Position numbers and translations under genes: made by a program. A DNA stretch of 64,000 nucleotides from Desulfobacterales bacterium (GTDB lineage: Bacteria > Desulfobacterota > Desulfobacteria > Desulfobacterales > UBA5852): contig CAXXVS010000001.1 of the NCBI GenBank assembly GCA_963674755.2, forward strand, positions 224,001-288,000, read 5' to 3'. Position 1 is the stretch's first letter; every line of letters begins with the position of its first letter. Below the pieces are notes generated by a model. The model saw only the letters and a program-made list of their open reading frames with translations. It made no database searches and had not been told where the DNA came from. Positions 30,240-39,946 of the stretch are shown here, one piece after another.

Positions 30240-30824
30240 ATGGAACAACGAAACCGTTTGAAGGTCGTGGCCGGAAGTTTGCTCTGCGTGAGCCTTTTTC
30301 TTTTAGGGGGCTGCGCCAGTTCGATGATGCAGCCGGTGTCCCGCCTGGAGCCGCCGACCTCATCCGGTGCCCTGGTAACCTTTCTCCGCCCGTCCTACTT
30401 CGGCGGTGCGATCCAGTTCGGCGTGTGGGACAGCGATCAATTCGTCGGCATCCTCGAGCCGGGAAGCTATATCCAGGTACTCCTGCCGCCGGGGGAGCAT
30501 GTTTTCCTGGCGCGTGCCGAAAACTGGTCCTATGTACACGCCGACCTCGAAGCCGGGCGCCAGTATTTCATCCTGGCCAAAGTTTTTCCCGGCATATGGA
30601 AGGCGCGCGTGGCCTATGATCCGATCCGCCGGGACGATCCTCAAACCGATGAAGAGATTGCCCAGTGGCTGAAGGAATTGAAGCCCCTTGGCGTCATCGA
30701 CGCCAAGGTCGATGCCTACACCGCCCCCCGGGTGGAACAGGTGCGCCAGGCGGTGGCGGATTTTCGTGCCGGCAAGGTGCAAAGCGAGCAGATGGAAGCG
30801 GTGGATTACCGCGCGATTCACTGA
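30240..30824 (+). CDS. Hypothetical lipoprotein (DUF2846-like)
   Basis: Lipobox LGGC; FLRPS...PPGEHVF. Confidence 0.7.
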   Translation: MEQRNRLKVVAGSLLCVSLFLLGGCASSMMQPVSRLEPPTSSGALVTFLRPSYFGGAIQFGVWDSDQFVGILEPGSYIQVLLPPGEHVFLARAENWSYVHADLEAGRQYFILAKVFPGIWKARVAYDPIRRDDPQTDEEIAQWLKELKPLGVIDAKVDAYTAPRVEQVRQAVADFRAGKVQSEQMEAVDYRAIH

Positions 30825-30855
30825 TTTTCCCTGCGGCGGCCGGCCACATCATCCC

Positions 30856-31425
30856 ATGCGAACCAGACGTTTTTCCAATGTTATCGGGTTTGACGATGCC
30901 CCCTTTCCCCCTGAGCATCGCGGCCCGGTAAAGATTGTGGGGGCCGTGTTCGCCCGGCACCGGCTGGACGGCGTCCTGGTGGGTGAGATCGAAAAGGACG
31001 GCAACGATGCCACCGACCAACTGGCGCATCTGGTCCGCCACTCCAAATTCTATCAGCACGCCCGCCTGATCATGCTGCAGGGGATTACCATGGGCGGGTT
31101 CAATGTCGTCGACATCATCGGCCTCCACCGGCAATTGGATCTGCCGGTTCTGGTGGTGGCCCGCCGGCAGCCGGACCGGGAGGCGATCCGCCGGGCCCTG
31201 CTGGAGCACCTGCCGGGGGGGCGGGAGAAATGGGCGCTCATCGAGGCTGCCGGGGCCATGGAACCGGCCGGCGATGTGTTCGTCCAGCGGGTCGGGCTGA
31301 ACCTGACCCAAGCCATTGCGACGACCGATCAGTGGTCGCTCCACAGCCGGATCCCGGAACCCCTGCGCTGTGCCCATCTAATCGCCGGCGCGATTGCTAC
31401 CGGCCAGAGCCGCAACCGGCCGTAA
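30856..31425 (+). CDS. DUF99 family (endonuclease V-like) protein
   Basis: VIGFDDAPF, DGNDAT, GITMGGFNVVD, IPEPLRCAHLIA. Confidence 0.85.
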   Translation: MRTRRFSNVIGFDDAPFPPEHRGPVKIVGAVFARHRLDGVLVGEIEKDGNDATDQLAHLVRHSKFYQHARLIMLQGITMGGFNVVDIIGLHRQLDLPVLVVARRQPDREAIRRALLEHLPGGREKWALIEAAGAMEPAGDVFVQRVGLNLTQAIATTDQWSLHSRIPEPLRCAHLIAGAIATGQSRNRP

Positions 31426-31470
31426 ACCTGCGCGGACCGGACCGTACTTGTAAAAAGGAGAAGTTTATCT

Positions 31471-31920
31471 ATGGAACCAACGGGTCCGGTCAGTTGTGGC
31501 ATTGAAATCTCAGGCCGCCAGGCGATTTTTGTCTTCCTGTCTCTCCAGGGCAAGGCGATCCTGGACGTTACGGGCAAACAAACCAAGATCACCCTTAAGA
31601 ACGAAGACGACCCCGGGGAAATCCGGCGCTTTCATCGAGCGGGGCAAGCGCTCTTTGAGCAGATCCAGCCTGATCGCATCGCCATTATCCAGCGCAAGAA
31701 GCGCGGCCATTTCGCTTCCGGCGGCACCACGTTCAAGCTGGAGGGGCTGCTGCAGCTTTACTCCCGGACCGATGTGACCATCGTCCCGACAGCCGCCCTG
31801 CGCCAGTTTGCAAAAGACCGACGTCCGGTCCTGGCGCCCCGTTTCAGCTATCAGAAAAACGCCTATCTGGCGGCGTGCTACCTGTTGGAGGAATTTTGGG
31901 AAGGGGAGGCCAAAGATTAA
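31471..31920 (+). CDS. DUF3010-like protein (RNase H-like fold)
   Basis: CGIEISG, RKKRGHFASGGTTFKLEGLLQ. Confidence 0.75.
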   Translation: MEPTGPVSCGIEISGRQAIFVFLSLQGKAILDVTGKQTKITLKNEDDPGEIRRFHRAGQALFEQIQPDRIAIIQRKKRGHFASGGTTFKLEGLLQLYSRTDVTIVPTAALRQFAKDRRPVLAPRFSYQKNAYLAACYLLEEFWEGEAKD

Positions 31921-32058
31921 GCCGACCGGTGCTGCACGCTATCACTATCGCTTCGATTCGTGCTATGAAGGTCCATCGGCCCCGTTATATCGTTTCGGGC
32001 TCCTGGCCGGTCCACAAACGGCCAAAGTGAGCCCTTACATCCTTTGTGGAGGCTTTGC

Positions 32059-32460
32059 GTGAAACTTGCTCCTTTACGGATCCTCATCGTCGCAGCACTT
32101 TGCCTGGCCACCGGATGCGCCTGGCTCGATTACCAGGACACCAAATGGCGCTCCGGCTCCCTCTACCTTGCCGTGAATCCCGCGACCCACAATTTCGGCT
32201 ACCAGCGGCTGATGATCAATTGCCGGCTGCGGGATCCCCTCAACGCTTTTATCGAAACCCACGGCTTGCCGGATTTCATTTACGAATACAACAAGGCCGC
32301 CCAAGACGGGATCCGCCTATTCTACCTCGATGAAAACCAAGTCTATGATTTCCTGGAGAGCGAGTCGAGTTCGAGTTCCATCGAATTGGTGGATCAGCGT
32401 GAACCGACATCTTTCGAAAAGGCCTATCTGAAGGAACTTCAGAGCCGGCAACCGCTTTAG
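32059..32460 (+). CDS. Hypothetical lipoprotein
   Basis: Lipobox LATGC; GC3-biased codons. Confidence 0.6.
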   Translation: MKLAPLRILIVAALCLATGCAWLDYQDTKWRSGSLYLAVNPATHNFGYQRLMINCRLRDPLNAFIETHGLPDFIYEYNKAAQDGIRLFYLDENQVYDFLESESSSSSIELVDQREPTSFEKAYLKELQSRQPL

Positions 32461-32554
32461 AAGTGCTGATCATAGCGGCATGGGGCACGGAAGGGGGTAC
32501 GGTGACGCCTGCGGGCGGGAGGCCAACCCCGGCTAAGGGCGGGCCGTTTTTCAC

Positions 32555-33178
32555 TTACACCCCCCCCAAATGACGCAATCCCTCCCTGAAGAAAACCCCT
32601 GCAAAGGCAATAAGCAATACGCCCAGGGACCGGATGATCCAGATATAGGTTTTGCTTTGTAGAAACTGGCGGGAATGGCCGACGATAACCGCCACCACCA
32701 GTTTGGAGCCCACCAGGGATCCATAGAACAGGACGAGAAAGAGCGCGGCGGCCGGCCAGCCGGTCTGGGCTGTTTTAAGGATTAACGGGGCGCCCACCAT
32801 CAGCCAGAACACATAGGGATTGGGATTGAGCAGGTTGGCGACGATCCCCTTGCGCAGCTGGGAGGCCCCCGAGGGCGCGCTCTCGGCGACGGTCCCGTTG
32901 AAGCGGATATTCTCCACCCCCAGCCAGACGATGTAGAACCCGCCCAGGATGCCGATGCCGCCCACCAGCCGCATGGCGTGGGCCATAGCGGCCAGCAGAA
33001 ATACGCTGCCGGCGATGATGGGCGGGTCCGTGATCAGGGGGGCCGCTGCAATGCGGGCCCCGGCGGGAATGCCGCGCTTGAGGGTCTCGGTGATCACAAG
33101 GGTCATCAGGGGGCCGGGGGAAAGGCCGGCGCTCAGTCCCAGCACGACGCCGGAGGTGAAAAGACTGGACGAGGCCAT
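32555..33178 (-). CDS. LysE family transporter
   Basis: AGLSPGP, NLLNPNPYVFW, hydrophobic. Confidence 0.88.
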   Translation of the reverse strand: MASSSLFTSGVVLGLSAGLSPGPLMTLVITETLKRGIPAGARIAAAPLITDPPIIAGSVFLLAAMAHAMRLVGGIGILGGFYIVWLGVENIRFNGTVAESAPSGASQLRKGIVANLLNPNPYVFWLMVGAPLILKTAQTGWPAAALFLVLFYGSLVGSKLVVAVIVGHSRQFLQSKTYIWIIRSLGVLLIAFAGVFFREGLRHLGGV

Positions 33179-33837
33179 TACGGTTGTGCCGGGTCGCTGG
33201 CAGCGGTCGGCGGAGCGCCTCCGGCGAGGATTTGTTCATAAACGGTTCGCACCTGGCGCCGGGTGGCTTCCCGTGTACTCGTGTTGTCGATAATATAATC
33301 GGCGTAGGCGCGTTTGGCGTCGATGGGCATCTGGGCGCGGATGCGGGCCATGGCGTCGGCCTCCGTCAATCCGTCACGCGCCATAAGGCGCGTTTTCTGG
33401 ACGGCTTCGGGCACGTAGACCAGAATGACCACCGGCAGGGATTCATGCCAGCCGGATTCGATCAGCAGCGGAACGTCGAGAATGACGGGGGCCTCCGGGT
33501 GCTTGCAGGCGAACGTATGAATATGCTCCTGCATCACGTCGTGAACCCGGGGATGGACAATCGCGTTCAGGGCCTGCTTGGCGTTCTGATCGTTGAATAC
33601 AATGGCCCCCAGAGCGTTCCGGTCGATTTGCCCGGCGGGAGCCAAAATGGCCGCTCCGAAATGGCGGACGATAGCGTGATAGGCGGGCTGGCCCTTCCGG
33701 ACGACCTGACGGGCAATCTGGTCGGCATCCACGATGCGGGCCCCGGCTGCGGCCAGCATGGCGGCCACGGTGGATTTGCCGGAGGCGATGCCGCCGGTCA
33801 ATCCGGCGATGATCGTTGGCGTGGCATCAATGCGCAT
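33178..33837 (-). CDS. coaE: Dephospho-CoA kinase
   Basis: GLTGGIASGKST, DADQIAR, IVHPRV, DVPLLIE. Confidence 0.95.
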   Translation of the reverse strand: MRIDATPTIIAGLTGGIASGKSTVAAMLAAAGARIVDADQIARQVVRKGQPAYHAIVRHFGAAILAPAGQIDRNALGAIVFNDQNAKQALNAIVHPRVHDVMQEHIHTFACKHPEAPVILDVPLLIESGWHESLPVVILVYVPEAVQKTRLMARDGLTEADAMARIRAQMPIDAKRAYADYIIDNTSTREATRRQVRTVYEQILAGGAPPTAASDPAQP

Positions 33838-34489
33838 GGGATGACCGTTCCCGGGCGAGGAAGGCATTGACCGGGGCCAGGATGGTGTCGACGTCCGGCG
33901 AGGAGTCTAGGACGGGATCCCAGCAAATTTCCAGATGGGCATAGTGCCGGTAGCGGGTTTCACGGTCCGCCAGGAGGTTGGTATAGCAGCGTTTGAGGGC
34001 GGCCTGGTCGTCCTCGTCTTTTTTTTTCTTGAAATGCTGTTGCCATAACACCGGGCGCGGATTTTCCACATAAGCCCGGTGCAGGGCCTGGCGATAGTCG
34101 GTGGATGTGGAAAGATAGACGACCACGGTTTGTTGCCGCAGCCGCCTCCGAATGGCCTCGCCGGTGTAGATCACACTACCCGTCGTATCGATCACCACCG
34201 GCGGTGACCCGTGCTCCGGCGGCCGGCTTTCCAACGCGGTCAGGAACTGATCCATGACGGCCTTCTCGTGGTCCAGGTAGAGCGCTTCCCGTTGGGCGTA
34301 CGCGGCGTCAAACGGAAACCCCATCCAGTTGCCGATAAGATCCAGGGAGCCCGCGCTCAGCTGTCCTTCGTCCACCAGGCGGCGGCCGATTTCCCTGTCG
34401 CAGCCCAAATAGTGAAATCCGTTTCGAGAGAGGACGGAAGACCAAAACGATTTGCCGGAACCCGACATGCCGATCAGCGCAATCCGCAT
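33827..34489 (-). CDS. Shikimate-kinase-like P-loop kinase
   Basis: LIGMSGSGKS, IDTTGSVIY, R...Y lid motif. Confidence 0.7.
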   Translation of the reverse strand: MRIALIGMSGSGKSFWSSVLSRNGFHYLGCDREIGRRLVDEGQLSAGSLDLIGNWMGFPFDAAYAQREALYLDHEKAVMDQFLTALESRPPEHGSPPVVIDTTGSVIYTGEAIRRRLRQQTVVVYLSTSTDYRQALHRAYVENPRPVLWQQHFKKKKDEDDQAALKRCYTNLLADRETRYRHYAHLEICWDPVLDSSPDVDTILAPVNAFLARERSSHAH

Positions 34490-34492
34490 GGG

Positions 34493-35185
34493 CTACTCTG
34501 CCACCTGAGGGAAACGTTGCATCACCTGCACCACGCCCAGGCGGGCCAGTTCTTCGGCCGAAAGCCAGCGTGCGCCCCCTTTGAAAAAGAGGCCGGCGTC
34601 CTGCAGATCGTCCGTCAGGGCGTGCTGGGTTTTGTCGAAGCGTCCCCGCCATACCCGCCGCCCGTTGTCGACTTGCAGCAGATAGACATTGAAGGCCACC
34701 GAAGCGCCCATATCCGGGGTGCGGTCCCGATAGCGCCAGACCGACCCCAGCAAGACGTGATCGGCTCCGGCCGCCCGGCCGAAACGCTGCGCCAATTGGC
34801 GCGGGGTGTCCACCAGCCGGTTCTGGGGCAGCCGGTCATATAGCGCGGCGGCGTCGGTCAGGGGAACGACCTTGTCGTAGAGCTTTAGCTCCATGGCCCG
34901 CTGCATCTCCCGGGTTAAAACGGTTTCGGCCCCGGCCCCCAGGTCCTCGTTGACCGTTTGGCAGAACTCGCCCAAAGTACAGTCCAAGGGCGGTTTGACC
35001 TGGTCGTCGGCGTTCAGGTTGGAGTTGCCGGCCAGAAACGGCATGACCGCGACGCGGCGCAATTGAATGACCGCGTAGCCGGGCAGGGTCTGGGTTTGCG
35101 AGCCGGAGGGGCGGCAGGCGGTCAGGCCCATCAGCAGGATGAGCAGACCGGCCGCCGCAGGGAAGATGGTTCGGTGCATGAGCAT
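34493..35185 (-). CDS. Hypothetical lipoprotein (CsgG/LpoB-like fold)
   Basis: Lipobox LTAC; RRVAVMPF, GADHVLLGSV. Confidence 0.7.
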   Translation of the reverse strand: MLMHRTIFPAAAGLLILLMGLTACRPSGSQTQTLPGYAVIQLRRVAVMPFLAGNSNLNADDQVKPPLDCTLGEFCQTVNEDLGAGAETVLTREMQRAMELKLYDKVVPLTDAAALYDRLPQNRLVDTPRQLAQRFGRAAGADHVLLGSVWRYRDRTPDMGASVAFNVYLLQVDNGRRVWRGRFDKTQHALTDDLQDAGLFFKGGARWLSAEELARLGVVQVMQRFPQVAE

Positions 35186-35348
35186 TCCTTCATTGTGATG
35201 ATAATGGTTTGGGGCCGTTGATGACAATGAGCGTCAGCTTAGCGCGTCGGGACGCATCGATCAAGGGGGATCGCGATGCGGGCGCACGTCAAAACGACTA
35301 TGGCAGGGAGATCGGCCGGAAGGGATATCCTTGACCTGGCGTGCGGCG

Positions 35349-35681
35349 CTAATCAAAAGGTTCGCCGCGGCCCAGAGGCCGATGGAAGGTATAATCAATG
35401 GTGTCGCCGAGGAGGCTCTGGTAGACTTCTTTTTCGTTACCGGCCGCTTTGGCAAACGGATAACCCAACCCGTAGATCAACCCGGTAACGGGAATCATAA
35501 CGAGCCCGACCGGGCGCAGGATCAGCACATCGGCGGCGACGTTCATGGGATTGGGGGGCGGGGTGTGCGGTGGGACGTAAGGTTCTTCGGCCAGGACTCG
35601 ACCGGGGACGGAAACACCAATGAGTACCAGAACGAGGACCATGCGTACCATCAGGTGGATCATGTTGCGTTGCATGACCAA
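35349..35681 (-). CDS. Small hypothetical exported/membrane protein
   Basis: Signal peptide; DVLILRPVGL...YTFHRPLG. Confidence 0.65.
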   Translation of the reverse strand: MVMQRNMIHLMVRMVLVLVLIGVSVPGRVLAEEPYVPPHTPPPNPMNVAADVLILRPVGLVMIPVTGLIYGLGYPFAKAAGNEKEVYQSLLGDTIDYTFHRPLGRGEPFD

Positions 35682-35850
35682 ATCTCCTTAGCTGGTCCTA
35701 TTCACAACGACGCTGGCATCCCGCCGTCAATCCATCCGGTCTGACGGCGTCACGCAAGCACGGCCTATCCCGAACAGGCCTTCATTACCGCACCGTTTTT
35801 ACGAACAGGCCCGCGGGCACTCCGGCCAATCGGTCACCCGAGGCCGGTTT

Positions 35851-36186
35851 TTACACCCGACGAAAACGGGCGTTGGTTGGAAGGTAATATACCAGGTTGC
35901 GGGCCACCAGAAGGCTGTTGAATTCGGGACCATTCGGTTTGAAGGCTTCCAGCGGCCAAATGCCTTCCGACACGGGGGCCTTCAGGCGCGCCCGCGACAG
36001 GCGGCGGCCGCATTGACAGCACGCACAATCCCGGGCACAAAACCGGCAATAGATCCAGACGATACCCCACAAGCCCCCGGTCACCAGAGTAAGGGCCAAG
36101 TGGAGCAGGTCGGTGCTGGCCGCACAGGCCACCATCACCTCTTCCCGGCAGTGGGGGCAAAACCCCGACGCAATCCAAACACCCAT
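35851..36186 (-). CDS. Small zinc-ribbon membrane protein (LITAF-like)
   Basis: CPHC ... LLHLALTLVTGGLWGIVW ... CCQCG; AGGAG RBS. Confidence 0.6.
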   Translation of the reverse strand: MGVWIASGFCPHCREEVMVACAASTDLLHLALTLVTGGLWGIVWIYCRFCARDCACCQCGRRLSRARLKAPVSEGIWPLEAFKPNGPEFNSLLVARNLVYYLPTNARFRRV

Positions 36187-36393
36187 GATCTACTCCTTGC
36201 AAAACGAGTGGGTGTTGCAGGAATCACTGTTGACTACAGCATTCCCATGATAGTGAACCTCGGAGGAAAAGTCAAAAGAATGCTGGGCGGGGGGCGGCGG
36301 CCAGGCGACGGGTCGGGATGCGCCCTCGGTCGCCCCTATAAAACGAGGTGAACGGGGGCAACCGGTCAATGCGCGAATTGGCTTTTCGCCGTG

Positions 36394-38694
36394 TTAGGCC
36401 GGCCGCAGGTCCCTGATGTAGCGCAGAAGCGCTGGATTGGTGCAGACTTCGTAGTAAAAGCGTCCGGTGGTGCCGGTGACCTTGTGATTGCGCAACGCCA
36501 TAATCGGCAGCGGCGCTTGGCGGACGACCAGTTGGTGGGATGTACCGGAAACCGTAGGGTATTTGCCGACGAAAAGCTGGTGGGGCTCTTTTTCCGCTCC
36601 CGGGGCTTTCAGGTCCAGCGGTTCGAGCTGGATTTCTTTTTGCAGCTTCGCAAAACCGTGATCGTTCAGTTCGATTCCGTTGACATTGTAGCGGACATAT
36701 TGTCCGGCGGCAGCCTTGCGGTCGTCCTCCGCGATTTCGTAGACGAACACGTTAAAGGGCGACTGTTTGAGGATCACTTGCTCCCGCAGGGGTTTGAAGC
36801 ACCCGGACAAGCGATCGGCCTGGTTGATGGCCGGCGATATCATGATGCGGTTGTCTTCATCGAAGAAAAAGGTCGGCGGGCTGCCGGCATAGCTGATGCC
36901 GATGCCGATTTCCAGCAGCGGCAGACGCGAGGCGATATTTTTACGGTTATAGCGCTGGACGATCAGCAGGATGTTCATGGCCAGACCGCAGGCGCGGGCC
37001 ACGCTGTACCAGTTTTGGGGTTGGTTTTCATGCTCGTAGAGGGCGAGGATAATGGCATCCCCCTCGATAAAGACTTTGTAAGCGCCAAAGCGTGATAGAA
37101 TGTTGGTGATGGGGTCAAAAAAATTCAGGCTGAAGTTGGTGGCCGGATTCATGCCCTGGGATTTCATTTCGTGGACGATGCCCGTCGATCCCCGCACATC
37201 GGCTTTCAGGACGGTATGGCTGATGATCGGCATTTCATCGGGCTTTTGTTCGTTGGGGAGAAGAAATTCATAGAGGGAATGGTTGGCGCGGGACAATTTC
37301 AGAAACGCCTCGTCATTGACGAAGTTGATATAGGAGATGGCATTGCTGACCAGATAGTAGTTGCATAAATCGCGATGATAGCGGGCGAAGGTTTTCACGA
37401 AATCCAGCAGGATTTCCATTTTCTGCGGACGGGGAAGCCAGCGTATGCGGGACAGGCATTCGCGGATGGGCTGGAGCGAATAATCTTCGCCGTAGTTTTT
37501 TTTGATACGTTTCAGCTTGGCGCGGATCGGCTTGCGGGATTTGCGGTCCACGATGTATTGCAGGAGTTCATGGGGCGTCAGAGGGGGGCAGTAGTTGTCG
37601 CAGAAGGCCTTCATTTCCTCGGAAGCCACCACGATGTAAGTCAGTTCCCGGGCGTTGAATGCCTTGACCAGGGCCGTCAGCAACCGCTTCTGCTGGCGAG
37701 TCACCTGTTTGAGTTTACGAATGCGTTGTTTGTCCCCTGAACGGCGCTTGTCGCGGCGGAGCATCTGTTCGGTTCGGTAGTAGTTAAACAGGGCATCCAT
37801 ATTGGCTTCCTGCTTGAGCCAGTCGGTATAATCCCTGTCCTGGGATTCCTTAGGGCCATCCTGGGACGCCGTTTCACGGCCGGCCGCCGCCGGTTCTGTG
37901 GCGGGTGACGCGGAAGGGTCTTCTGCGGGCCGGCCGTCGCGGCGGGCCAAAAAGTCGTTGAGGGCCTCCAGAAAAGCGTCGTATTGGTTGACATCCTCGC
38001 GCCGGCTGCCGAGGAGAACATATTCCGCCATCAGGAAACTGTCATGGGTCGGGTTTTCGGTGTGCAGGAGGGGATTGGCGAAGAAATCCTCGGGCAGCAG
38101 GGCCTCCGGACCGAAATGCAAGGAATAGAGGTCGTTCAGACCTTCCTGGAGCACCTCGCTGATGTAGCGGAATAACCCTGCGTTGGCACTGCGGATAGTC
38201 GCGTCACGGTTGCGGGTCAGGATCTGAAGCGATTCCTGCAGATGCTTGACCTGGTCGTGGTTGTAGGCCATCTCCTGGCGCCAGATCAGGTTGTTGATAT
38301 GCTGCAGGCAGGCCTTGTAGCGGTCATTGACGGCGTCTTTCATCGTCACGGCAATGGCGGTTTCCACGAGAAAGATGACCTGGTATTCGTTGTCCAGCTT
38401 GGCTTGCTTGACCGCATCGCTCATGATATCGCGGCATAGGCCCTTGAACTCCTTTTCCCCGCGATACCAGTTGAATCCGTTTTCATAATCGGGCAGATCC
38501 GATACCCCGGAGATCCGGCCGATCAACTGCAGCGCCATCCGCCGGGTCGCTTTGATAAACCCGGGGCTGAGGTGAAGATCGTAACGCAAATTGTCGACGC
38601 CCAGCTTTAGACGGTTGAGACCAAACCCATGGCGATAGGGCTTGAGGGGAATACCGGCAAATTTTTTGGGCTCCAGTGCATCGGATGGCGGCAT
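36394..38694 (-). CDS. Large helical protein with C-terminal class III nucleotidyl cyclase-like domain
   Basis: LKADVRGST, FIEGDAII, IGIGI, SPAINQADR. Confidence 0.7.
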   Translation of the reverse strand: MPPSDALEPKKFAGIPLKPYRHGFGLNRLKLGVDNLRYDLHLSPGFIKATRRMALQLIGRISGVSDLPDYENGFNWYRGEKEFKGLCRDIMSDAVKQAKLDNEYQVIFLVETAIAVTMKDAVNDRYKACLQHINNLIWRQEMAYNHDQVKHLQESLQILTRNRDATIRSANAGLFRYISEVLQEGLNDLYSLHFGPEALLPEDFFANPLLHTENPTHDSFLMAEYVLLGSRREDVNQYDAFLEALNDFLARRDGRPAEDPSASPATEPAAAGRETASQDGPKESQDRDYTDWLKQEANMDALFNYYRTEQMLRRDKRRSGDKQRIRKLKQVTRQQKRLLTALVKAFNARELTYIVVASEEMKAFCDNYCPPLTPHELLQYIVDRKSRKPIRAKLKRIKKNYGEDYSLQPIRECLSRIRWLPRPQKMEILLDFVKTFARYHRDLCNYYLVSNAISYINFVNDEAFLKLSRANHSLYEFLLPNEQKPDEMPIISHTVLKADVRGSTGIVHEMKSQGMNPATNFSLNFFDPITNILSRFGAYKVFIEGDAIILALYEHENQPQNWYSVARACGLAMNILLIVQRYNRKNIASRLPLLEIGIGISYAGSPPTFFFDEDNRIMISPAINQADRLSGCFKPLREQVILKQSPFNVFVYEIAEDDRKAAAGQYVRYNVNGIELNDHGFAKLQKEIQLEPLDLKAPGAEKEPHQLFVGKYPTVSGTSHQLVVRQAPLPIMALRNHKVTGTTGRFYYEVCTNPALLRYIRDLRPA

Positions 38695-38875
38695 GGCTAA
38701 CTCTGTATCACTGAATTATTTCAAGTAGTTTAGTTTATCGGCGGCCCGCCGGCCTGTCAACGATATATTCCGGCCGAAGCCCCGGGGAGAATTGATCCGG
38801 TCATGGGATTCGATGCCCCGGCAAGGGCAGGGGGGGCCCCGGCGATGGGAACGGTGTGGACGCAAGGGGGTTAGG

Positions 38876-39880
38876 ATGCAATTGATCGACAACAGCGCCT
38901 GCAGCGATCCGGCCATCAACCTGGCCCTGGAAGAGTATCTGGTGCGGCATATGCGGAGCAGCGGGACCGTGCTTCTTTTCTACGTGAACGCCCCGGCGGT
39001 GGTTATCGGCCGCAACCAGGTGCCCCATACGGAAATCAGTTTGCAGACGGTGACGCGGCAGGCCATCAAGGTCGTGCGGCGCCTGTCGGGAGGGGGGGCC
39101 GTCTACCATGACCGGGGGAATTTGAATTTCAGCCTGATCCAGGCCCATGACCCCGATACCATCCTATCACCCGCCGAGGCCTTGCAGCCCGTGGTGCAGG
39201 GCCTCAAGGGAGCAGGACTGCCGGTCTATCTGAACGTCCGTAACGATATCATGGCGGATGGCCGGAAGGTGAGCGGGGCGGCCCAATACCGCACACGGAA
39301 CAGATGTCTCACCCACGGGACCCTGCTGGTGTCCGCCGATCTGGAGGCGCTCCGGCGTGCGCTGGAGGTGGACAGCACGGTGCCGTCATCCCGGGGCCGG
39401 GTGTCCGTTCGCAGCTCGGTGACCAATCTGAACCGCCACCAGCCGGCCCTGGATACGGCCGAGGTCCGTGAGATCCTGATCCCATCCTTTGCGAAGCAGC
39501 ACGGAGCGGCGCTTCCCCTGGTGCTCGACGCCGCTGCCTGGGGCATTATTCACCAAACAGCCCGGACCAAATACCGTTCCTGGGACTGGACCATGGGGCG
39601 TGCGCCTGCATTCCAGCTGCACCGCAAGGCGGTTTTCCCATGGGGGCCGTGTGAGGCCTTACTTGATATCCAGCGGGGTATCATGACCCGTATCGACCTG
39701 GGCCTGCCCGCGGGCGCGCCCGCCTTCCTGGATGCTCTGGCGGCCGCGCTGGAAGGCTGCCGTTATCATCCCGCAGATATCAGCGCGGTGTTGCAGGCGG
39801 GGGGGGTGTTGCCTGAAGGGCGGGCCATCTCGGACCAGGTGGCCGACTGGTTGGGGGCTTCACTGTGTCCCTGGTGCTGA
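38876..39880 (+). CDS. lplA: Lipoate-protein ligase A
   Basis: NLALEE, IGRNQ, RRLSGGGAVYHD, RNDI, KVSG, HGTLL. Confidence 0.9.
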   Translation: MQLIDNSACSDPAINLALEEYLVRHMRSSGTVLLFYVNAPAVVIGRNQVPHTEISLQTVTRQAIKVVRRLSGGGAVYHDRGNLNFSLIQAHDPDTILSPAEALQPVVQGLKGAGLPVYLNVRNDIMADGRKVSGAAQYRTRNRCLTHGTLLVSADLEALRRALEVDSTVPSSRGRVSVRSSVTNLNRHQPALDTAEVREILIPSFAKQHGAALPLVLDAAAWGIIHQTARTKYRSWDWTMGRAPAFQLHRKAVFPWGPCEALLDIQRGIMTRIDLGLPAGAPAFLDALAAALEGCRYHPADISAVLQAGGVLPEGRAISDQVADWLGASLCPWC

Positions 39881-39946
39881 CGCGCACGCTGGGGGAGAAA
39901 AAGGTCGCGTGGTGTCGCGCTGGACGCGGCCTTCTATGGGAGGGCT

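Noticed and set aside
36394..38694. Pycsar/CBASS defence system
   Set aside because: No adjacent TIR, TM or cNMP-binding effector, and the context is housekeeping
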